Shown: one piece after another, positions 55,528 to 64,000 of the stretch | Layout: each line of letters begins with the position of its first letter | How positions within the stretch are numbered: position 1 is the first letter of the stretch | Assembly: GCA_964016885.1 (NCBI GenBank) | Contig: OZ024745.1 | Coordinates: forward strand, 108,314,001 to 108,378,000 | Length of the DNA stretch: 64,000 nt | Origin: Eledone cirrhosa | Lineage: Eukaryota | Direction of reading: 5' to 3' | Translations under genes and position numbers: made by a program | Notes under the pieces: generated by a model | Database searches by the model: none | What the model was told of the DNA's origin: nothing | What the model saw: only the letters and a program-made list of their open reading frames with translations

Positions 55528-55565
<38 letters not shown>

Positions 55566-56067
55566 CAACACATGTGTATGTTTGCCCGAATGGTTTCCCT
55601 CGCTATATTTAGAAAATAGTTATCTCGTTCCGTTGCCATACACACAAATAATAAAGGGTTGCTTTCAAATAGTAATAAAATGTCCTCAGTCTGAAGTGCA
55701 GACGTATAAATGCCTGAGTAGGTTTAATCATCAAACAGCAAGCTTTTGGCGACAGTGCTTCTTTAGAAAGTGATGGAAGAAACAAGAGTCTGAGATAAAA
55801 ATAAACAAATAAAAACCGTAGGTTAAAGTTACAGCTATGAATGAACTTCCAATAGAAATGAATGAGAATGTAAGAGTGGAGTAATAGAAAGAAAATAACA
55901 TAAAATTAGTTGATAAAAAAATGTATATAAAGGAGAAAGAATTACTGATGGAAAAAAAAAAGAAAATACAAATAGAGATGTATTGAAACGTTCGTTGACA
56001 GAAAACTTATGTAGTTAGCAACATCATTTGTCACTGTCCCTCCACAACTCCATATTATTAGTAAACA

Positions 56068-56242
56068 TTGGCAGTATCGGTAGAGCGTCAGACACCATGT
56101 TTTGCAGCATAGTTATGGCCCTTTGCGTTCTGAGTTCAAATCCGCCGAGATTAACTTTGCCTTTCAGCCTTACGGGGTCGATAAAATAAAGTACCAGTGG
56201 TGCACTGGGGTAATTGCTGGCCTTGTGCCAAAAGTAGAAACT
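56068..56242 (+). mobile_element. SINE family A
   Basis: Homology to 49131-49319. Confidence 0.85.
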
Positions 56243-56276
56243 ATATTATAATATACATATGTGCAAGATACAGATC

Positions 56277-56523
56277 ATCATTTCATTTTACGTCCACTTT
56301 TCCCTGCTTGCAAGGGTGGGACGGGAACTGATTCTGGCTTGATTTCTACAGCTGGATGCCCTTCCTAACACCAACCCCATTTACAGTGAGTGCTGGGTGC
56401 TTTTTTGCTGTGGCACCTCCACGACCACTTTGCTCAAGGAAACAACACATCGCCCGGTCTGAGAATTGAACTCACAACCTTTCGATTGCAAGGCCAATGC
56501 TCTAACCACTAAGCCATGTGCCG
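56277..56523 (-). mobile_element. SINE family B with internal deletion
   Basis: Matches 21840-22168 except for a missing segment joined at CTTTGC/CTTGCTC. Confidence 0.8.
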
Positions 56524-56539
56524 CCATATATATATATCT

Positions 56540-56828
56540 ATGATATTAATAAATGGAAACTATATTTATAAAACCATATTTATTCTATTATATATATATT
56601 TCAAGGGTACCAAAACTTTGGTACGCTCTCATCAGATAAAATACAAAGTTTGTTTTATAAATATTGACATATCCAGGAAGGAGATCTTAACAGTTCAAGT
56701 TTCACCTGGATAGTAAATATAGTTTCCATTTATTAATATCATTGATATTGTACTCCAGATAACTTGTCGAGTGCTTCGAATCAGTTATAAATATATATAT
56801 TTGTTGAATTACCAACAAATTAAATATC
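56540..56828. mobile_element. family Y mini-element (29-bp inverted arms, hammerhead, tail)
   Basis: Arms 56540-56568 / 56714-56742; tail ACTCCAGATAACTTGTCGAGTGCT. Confidence 0.75.
56581..56643 (-). ncRNA. type I hammerhead ribozyme
   Basis: TATTTTAT-CTGATGA-GAGCGTACCAAA-gt-TTTGGTACCCTT-GAAA-TATATATA-TA-ATAGAATA. Confidence 0.8.
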
Positions 56829-57032
56829 CCTTTGCTTAATAACATTTTGGTCGTTTTAACTGCTGCTATTTCTAGTGGCAGTTGATTGACCTTTCCGCCC
56901 TTGCCTTCTATCTTTACACCTGGCACTAGACAGAATTGCTTCTTCATCATACACTCTCATCTCTGGAACAATTTTGAATGGCGCCAGTTCGTGATTTGAA
57001 CTCGGGAATTTTATATTCTCCGAGCGAAAAGA

Positions 57033-57117
57033 ACCCTCTGACGAGCGTCTTCCTTTTCAATGGATTTCCATATGGATTATCCATTTATTTCGAGACTTGA
57101 AACCGTACGGTAAGGGT
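57033..57117 (+). ncRNA. type I hammerhead ribozyme with extended stem II
   Basis: ACCCT-CTGACGA-long stem II (GTCTT/GAGAC, AATGGAT/ATCCATT)-GAAA-CCGTACGG-TA-AGGGT. Confidence 0.8.
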
Positions 57118-57181
57118 AATTACAGCAGGTACAGTGAACTTTTCAAAATTCATTTTAAAACTTTTTCTTATTTGCTAAACC

Positions 57182-57250
<69 letters not shown>

Positions 57251-57254
<4 letters not shown>

Positions 57255-57605
57255 ATATATTAACAAATGGAAACTATATTTATAAAACCATATTTATTTC
57301 ATTATACATATTTCAAGGACACCAAAGCAAATTATGGTGCACTTTCATCAGATAAAATATAATATAGATCAGTTTTATAAACAAATATTGACATACCCTT
57401 AAAGAATGCGACCATTCTGATGAAAGCGCACCATAATTTGCTTTGGTGTCCTTGAAGAAATATGTATAATGAAATAAATATGGTTTTATAAATATAGTTT
57501 CCATTTGTTAATATATTGTATTTTTACTCCAAAAATTTGTTAAGTGCTTTATATCAGTTATAAAAATATTTGCTTGTTGTATCCCAACAAATTAAATATA
57601 ACTTC
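57251..57605. mobile_element. family Y palindromic double-hammerhead mini-element with tail, in (TA)n
   Basis: Arms 57251-57352 / 57416-57520; tail ACTCCAAAAATTTGTTAAGTGCT. Confidence 0.85.
57295..57359 (-). ncRNA. type I hammerhead ribozyme
   Basis: TATTTTAT-CTGATGA-AAGTGCACCA..TGGTGTCCTT-GAAA-TATGTA-TA-ATGAAATA. Confidence 0.8.
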
Positions 57606-57904
57606 TACATATATATATATATATATGGGGGAGGGGGGGGGGGGGTATGCAACAATTCAAAGCTTGAGTAAGATTCACAGATGAAATTATTGTTTAACCC
57701 CAGGTCAGTCCTAATCCTGTAGAGTCAAGATCAAAAGCATTCTAGTCATGACCATTCCGTCTTTATATATCAGAGACTAACTACAGTATCCAATGTGTCG
57801 CTTCCCTTTTTGGAGACGGTATATATAGGGCACGAAGAGTTTTGACTGCTATTTCTAACAGTCAAATATTTGTTTATATTTGGTAGACCTGTAATCATAT
57901 ATTG

Positions 57905-58240
57905 AACTTACAACCATAGTAGTTCTTTAAAGATTGGTTTAAATATGGCCTCTCTCTCAGGCTGATAGTTTCTACATTGCAACAAATAGTGCCAAGGAGT
58001 TTCTGGAGAGTTACCACAAGAACATAGATGTGAATCTCTATGACCTGTTCTTGATAGAATGTAATTCAAAGGTATATGTCCAGTTGAAAGCCAGCATAAG
58101 TCTTTTTTTTTTTTTAATTGCATTACTCAATGATCAATAAGTTTTGAATGTTGTCAAATCTAGATGAGAAAGTGAAGGATTGAAATTTGTGAGCTTATCT
58201 CTGGATTCTTTCCAAAATATTTCCCACCCTTGACAACATT
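57905..58240 (-). mobile_element. degenerate LINE C-terminal fragment (I/CR1-group zinc knuckle)
   Basis: LSTGHIPLNYILSR..CSCGNSPETPWHYLLQCRNY..R. Confidence 0.6.
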
Positions 58241-58838
58241 TGAAGTTGAACTCGGCATGGTGACCATAAGAGAGACGTAGCAAAATAAATATCGATAATT
58301 TGTTCTCTGCTATAGTAATAATTATTTCTACTTTTGGCACAAGGCCAGCAATTACCCAGTGCGTTACTGGTACTTTATTTTATCGACCCCCGTATGGATG
58401 AAAGGCAAAGTTAACCTCGGCGTAATAATTGTTTCTACGTTAGGCACAAGGCCAGCAATTACCCAGTGTATTACTGGTACTTTATTTTATCGACCCCGTA
58501 AGGATGAAAGGCAAAGTTAACCTCGGCGGGATTTGAACTCAGAATGACAAGGGCCGTAACTATATGCGCCAAAGCATGGCATCCGACACTCGGCGTAATA
58601 ATGTTTTCGTAATATAAACATACTATATGAAGATGGGGAAAGTTTTATTACCAACAATTGAGTTACTAACAATGATGACAAAAAGACATACAGATACTGT
58701 TAGTTATTTTCATGCAGGTAAAGTAAATTACATATTCATTATTGGACAATATCGTTGACCAGTGGCTAAACTTCAACTAGCTGCGCTATTGTTAATTACA
58801 TCTTTCCAGCAAAAATGCGACGTTTTATTTGTTTAGAT

Positions 58839-59159
58839 CAGTGGCTCCCAACCTTTTGTGCACCAGGCCCCGCCTCAATATCTCAAAAATTGTTATTGCC
58901 CGCCCACTTTGATATGAAAACAGCGATGATCAACTGCAAAGTGTAAACAAATTGGTGTATAGGTGGTGCCAGATGCACAATAACATGTGTGGAAGAGGGG
59001 CGACCGGAGTTTCTGATAGTAATGTGGACCAAGGTTGCCTTGGTGTAAAAATAAGGTATGACCTGAAGATTGATCTCATTAATATCATTTTCAAATGGCC
59101 CTCTTAAATATTCAAACTGTCCCCTCTGTGGGATGTGCGCCCCACGTTGGGAATCACTA
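58839..59159. mobile_element. hAT (Charlie-like) MITE
   Basis: TIRs CAGTGGCTCCCAAC / GTTGGGAATCACTA; 8-bp target duplication GTTTAGAT / GTTTAGGT. Confidence 0.8.
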
Positions 59160-59582
59160 GTTTAGGTAGAAGCAAACGAAAAAGTTGTAATGGTGATGTT
59201 CTCGGAGAGCATTAGCAATTAAGTTAAACAATTTGAAATGAGAATGGAAACTGAATCGCAGATTCAATATTCCAAAAAATTCGAGGGCTCAAACATGAAG
59301 CTTCGATCAAATTAGACTATTGCAGCCTTGTAATATACACGACGATGAAAATAAATACTAGAAATTGAAACCGGTTCACGAATTCGCCATCACCTGAGGT
59401 AACGCTGCCAGCGTGCTGGCTTGTCTCAAAAATAGTTAGAGGTTGCGGTGCTCTTCGCGATATTGTTATCTTTTATTCTGGTAGTGGTTCGTTTGTCCAC
59501 GCCTTTCGCCTGCCCTTTGTTGTATGTGGTCCTAGATGTGTGTATTACCTGCTTATGTGTTTTTTTCCCGCTATTTATAATA

Positions 59583-59889
59583 TAATTGTTTCTACTTTAG
59601 GCACAAGGCCAGCAACTACTCAGTACATTACTGGTACTTTATTTTATCGACCCCGTAAGGATGAAAGGCAAAGTTAACCTCGACGGGATTTGAACTCAGA
59701 ATGGCAAGGGCCGTAACTCTATGTGTCAAAGCATGGCGTCCGACCCTCTACCGATACTGTCAGATGTTTATAATAATTGTTTCTTTTGGCACAAGGCCGC
59801 AATTACTCAGTACATTACTGGTACTTTATTTTATCGACCCCGTAAGGATGAAAGGCAAAGTTTACCTCGACGGGATTTGAACTCAGAAT
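59583..59889 (-). mobile_element. tandem SINE family A (full plus 5'-truncated)
   Basis: Homology to other copies. Confidence 0.85.
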
Positions 59890-61051
59890 AATAATGAAAA
59901 ACTTGCATTTAAATCCACACGCATATATTTCAATTATAGACACAAGACTATACACTTTTGAGTACGGAATTAAATCAATTATAGTAATCGACTGCATATT
60001 ATCGATCCCGAATGTTGAAATTTGTAGTTAAACTCGGCATGGTGACCATAAGAGAGACGTAGCAAAATAAATATCGATAATGTGTTCTCTGCAATAGTAA
60101 TAATTGTTTCTACTTTTGGCACAAGGGCAGCAATTATAGCAGTACATTACTGGTACTTTATTTTATCGATCCCGTAAGGATAAAAGGCAAAGTTAACCTC
60201 GGCGGGATTTGAACTCAGACCATAAAGGGCCGTAACTCTTTGCTATAAAGCATTGCTTCAGACTCTCTACCGATTCTCGTAATATAGACATACTATATGA
60301 AGATGGGGAAAGTTTTATTATCAACAATTGAGTTATTAATAATAATTTCTTTATTAGCTAAACAGGGCTCACATTAAGGAAACATTAAAGACGGGACAGG
60401 ACGATACAGTGTGTGAGTGTGTGATGGGGGGGGGGGGCTGTGTAAAATAAAATGTATAACAGAAACAATGATAACAAACAGACCTACCGATACTGTAGAT
60501 GTTGTTGTTATTTTCACATCGGTAAGGTAAATTACCTGTTCATTATTAAAAATCATCCACTTTGTTTTGTTTTCTGTTTAACGTGTCACCATAGAAAGGT
60601 GACCTATCTTTCATAACATATTTAAAAGAAGATAATTAAAATAAAAGTGGCATGCAATTAAAGATAGAGAAGGAAAAGGCGTGTAATGTCTAGTGTTGTT
60701 ACTAACTACGAGTCCGGTGTGTTGCTACCACCTGACTAGCCACTCGCTGTAAAAGAAAACAACAAATCTCCCGCCACAGGTGACTCCTAGTGACGACAAC
60801 TAAAATAGAAGAAATACATGTTTGTATATTAAAAGGTAGATAATTCTGGTTTCTTAATGAAACATGAATTTGTCGCGGTTCATGTAACGTTACAGACGAA
60901 AGACACACACATACTTTTACGGATTTCATTCATTAAACTGGCCATACTCGGGCTACCTTGAAAGTGTTTTGTCTCATTTTTTTCAAGGCTTGTATTTATT
61001 TTATCGATCTCTTTTTGTTAAACAGCTAAATTATATATTATCATCATCATT

Positions 61052-61226
61052 GTGGATTGGCAATATCGGTAGAGAGTCGAACGTCGTGCTTTGACACATA
61101 AAGTTACGGCCCTTGCCATGCTGAGTTCAAATCCCGCTGAGGTTAACTTTGCCTTTCATCCTTACGGGGTCGATAAAATAAAGTACCAGTAATGCACTGG
61201 TCTTGTGCCAAAAGTAGAAACAATTA
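61052..61226 (+). mobile_element. SINE family A
   Basis: Homology to 49131-49319. Confidence 0.85.
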
Positions 61227-61229
61227 TTA

Positions 61230-62225
61230 AATCACTGTTTAATGTCTGTTTTCTCACGCTAGCATGGGTTAGACGAGTTGTCCCGTTGTGAGACAAGTCA
61301 AACCAGATGACTGTCTCTTGGTGTTTCGGACTTGGTTTCTACGGCTGGGTGCCTTTCCTAATGCCAACCACATTTACTGTGTGGACTAGGTGCTTTTTAT
61401 CGTGTCACCAAAATGACCACTTTTCAGGTTGAACTTTTTTGTCATGTTATCAACACGACCATCTTACATGGTAGACTAGGAGCTTTTTGTCATGTCACCA
61501 GTCCAACCACTCCATAGGGCAAACTGAGTGCCTTCTGTCATGCCACCAACATGACCACTTTACAGGCTGGAGTGGGTGCCTCCTGTTGTATCACCAGCAT
61601 GGCCACCTTACATGAGTGCTTATTTGTCATGTCACCAGCACAACTACCTTGCACTGGGGGGGGGGGGGCTAGATGCTCTTTTGTCGTGTCACCTTACAGA
61701 AAGGATTATGTGCTCTATTGACGTCACATTAACATGAGCAAGCACCTCAAATGGTGTACTAAGAGCTTTTGTTGTGTCACCAACACGACCTCCTTACAGG
61801 GTGACATGAAAGCGTTAAGCTATTTCAGCAGCATCGTGAGAAAGCATGATCGGCTTTCCATACTTGTATGTATGGGTTGGTTAAGAGAGGTGGATCAGAT
61901 GTGGAAAATGAAGGTGGGAGTGAGGGGGTACTTGTATGTAGGATGGGGATTGGGAGGTAGGTCTGGGGTGGACTACTTAGCTGGTAAAGGATGGAGTGTA
62001 TGGAGAAGAAGTGCATATTAGAGACCACAAGATGTTTACTTCATCCCGTGCATAACGCTAGAGTTCCCGATCCTGTGTCATTGTCTTTGAGAGGTACAAT
62101 TGTATGAAGTCACCTTATATCACCTCATCCCAAGCTTTCCTAGATTTTCCTCTTCCATAGCTTCCATCAACTTTGAGCACCCTGCACCTTTTTATACAGC
62201 TGTCATCTTTCATATGCATCACATG
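61230..62225 (-). mobile_element. older RTE 3' end with expanded internal repeat array
   Basis: 62030-62225 matches the RTE C-terminus seen at 11083; about 9 diverged TTGTCATGTCACCA..ACCAC.TTACA units at 61380-61810; RTE-type tail at 61230-61290. Confidence 0.7.
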
Positions 62226-62989
62226 ATACATTTACATATCATATATGCACATGAACACACACACACACACATATATATATATATGATGCAGTCTGATGGT
62301 GTCTTTCATCCCTATACCAGTGACTGCTGTGGGTCAGTGATTTGTTTACCAGGAGGTGGAGAAATAGTTGGAAGAACATGAATGATTTAGCATATCCTTA
62401 AGAGATATGCTTTTGGTGTCTGGGGTCGAGTGTAGGTGTCTGGTTTATGTTTACTTGGGTTTAAAATTGGCTTTGATTTAATCAGGATGTATTCATATTC
62501 AAGTTGGAGCATTTAACAGTCCTAGTTGCATACCTACAATACATATCATCATCATTTTTCATCTATTTTCCATACTTGGTCAGTATGGTGACATGACAAA
62601 GAATTTCCAGTCTGCTATGTAAGATGGTCGTGTTGATGACATGACAAAAAGCACCCAGTCAAACTAGTAAAGTGGTCATTTTGGTGACATGATAAAAAAC
62701 ATCCAGTCCACATAGTAAATGTGGTTGGCGTTAGGAAGAGCATCCATATTTACATCCAAACCAAGTCAGAAACAAGACACATTCATCTGGTCTGACTTGT
62801 CTCACAACGGGTTGTCTCATTCTGATGCTAGACAGTTTAAATGATTGCATCTCACTCAAACATTCCATTCTGGCATGGTTTTTTTACAACTGGATGCTCT
62901 TTCCTAACACCAACCACTCCACTGCAATGTTTTTACAGAACATAAACAAACAGAATTGCTGGCTTACATAGTGTCATAAAGGCATAAAG

Positions 62990-63410
62990 TCACATGCTTA
63001 CACATATGCATCTATGCATACATATATACATACATATATGCATGCATACATACTTACATGCATACATACATGTATACATACATATATGCATGCATACATA
63101 CTTACATGCATGCATACATACATACATGTATACATACATATATGCATACATATTTACATACATGCATACATAGATACATACATACTTATATGCATACATA
63201 CATACTTATCTACATACATACATACTTATATACATATATACAAAGTCACATTCTTAAACATATGCATGTATGCATGCATACATACATACATAAATGCATA
63301 CAAGCATACATACATACATACATACATACATACATAAATGCATACAAGCATACATACATACATAAATATATACATACATATGCATTAGTATATACATACA
63401 CACATGTATG
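62990..63410. repeat. (CATA)n-rich degenerate microsatellite
   Basis: Direct observation. Confidence 0.93.
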
Positions 63411-63960
63411 ACAAACAAAAACACACACATTATAACATAATGAAACTACAGTATATTGAGAACAAAGAGACACTAATAAGTAGCTTAGATTGAACTTAGT
63501 TCAATCTGAGCTATCCATTAACAGAATTGGAGCTTCAATAGTATTATAAACAAAAACTATTTGTCTTTGCCAGCAATTCCATGTTTTACGATTCATGCCA
63601 TTCTTTTATTTCTAAAGCTTTAAGCAATAATGGAGGACATTGGAATAAAAACAAAATTTATAATAATAATAATAGTAATAATTAAAAAAATAAACTAGAT
63701 CCTTGGTCCATCATATTTAGCTACTGGTAACTTCTTCCAGTCAGTCTAGATGAATGACTGATACATTTGTTATGACAGCTGCAGTCTTCCTTGGGATGGG
63801 GACGGCATTTTTACTATATAGCTTGTTGCCAATAATTCCGAGAAAAATATTATATTAATCTACCTAGATTCTTTTCCGTTTTGCTTTTTTTTCTTGTTGT
63901 TATTGGGTATGTGTTGTTTTTTTTAAATATTTTATCTCATTTCATTTCTTTATATGTAAG

Positions 63961-64000
<40 letters not shown>

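Larger units (their letters stand above)
51413..55533 (+). mobile_element. Penelope-like retroelement (probably Nematis/Neptune type) with direct pseudo-LTRs at 51413-51575, 55190-55353 and 55405-55533, flanked by (TA)n
   Basis: RT plus C-terminal GIY-YIG coding region bracketed by direct repeats of about 163 bp that contain a hammerhead motif. Confidence 0.9.
58245..60548 (+). repeat. local direct duplication, about 58245-58745 and 60028-60548, each containing SINE A
   Basis: Unique flanks AACTCGGCATGGTGACCATAAGAGAGACGTAGC and CATACTATATGAAGATGGGGAAAGTTTTATT both recur about 1.7-1.8 kb apart. Confidence 0.85.

Overview
Eukaryotic, very AT-rich and microsatellite-dense window that looks intronic or intergenic. 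The repeat repertoire (tRNA-derived SINEs, RTE LINEs with (GAT)n tails, Penelope-like elements) suggests a cephalopod, probably Octopus; this is inference only. Almost all listed ORFs are microsatellite artefacts. Real coding remnants are retroelements: a near full-length but disrupted RTE LINE (43.7-46.95 kb) nested in an R4/Dong-type LINE, a near full-length disrupted Penelope-like element (51.4-55.5 kb), and several LINE fragments. A Helitron and hAT, piggyBac and Tc1/mariner MITEs are also present. Two candidate host exons lie on the minus strand (41 nt and 9 nt). The most striking pattern is a set of (TA)n-embedded palindromic mini-elements that carry type I hammerhead ribozyme motifs with covarying stems and a shared short 'tail' hairpin motif; they are most simply explained as inverted-pLTR products of (TA)n-targeting Penelope-like elements. 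All structures were read by eye, not computed.
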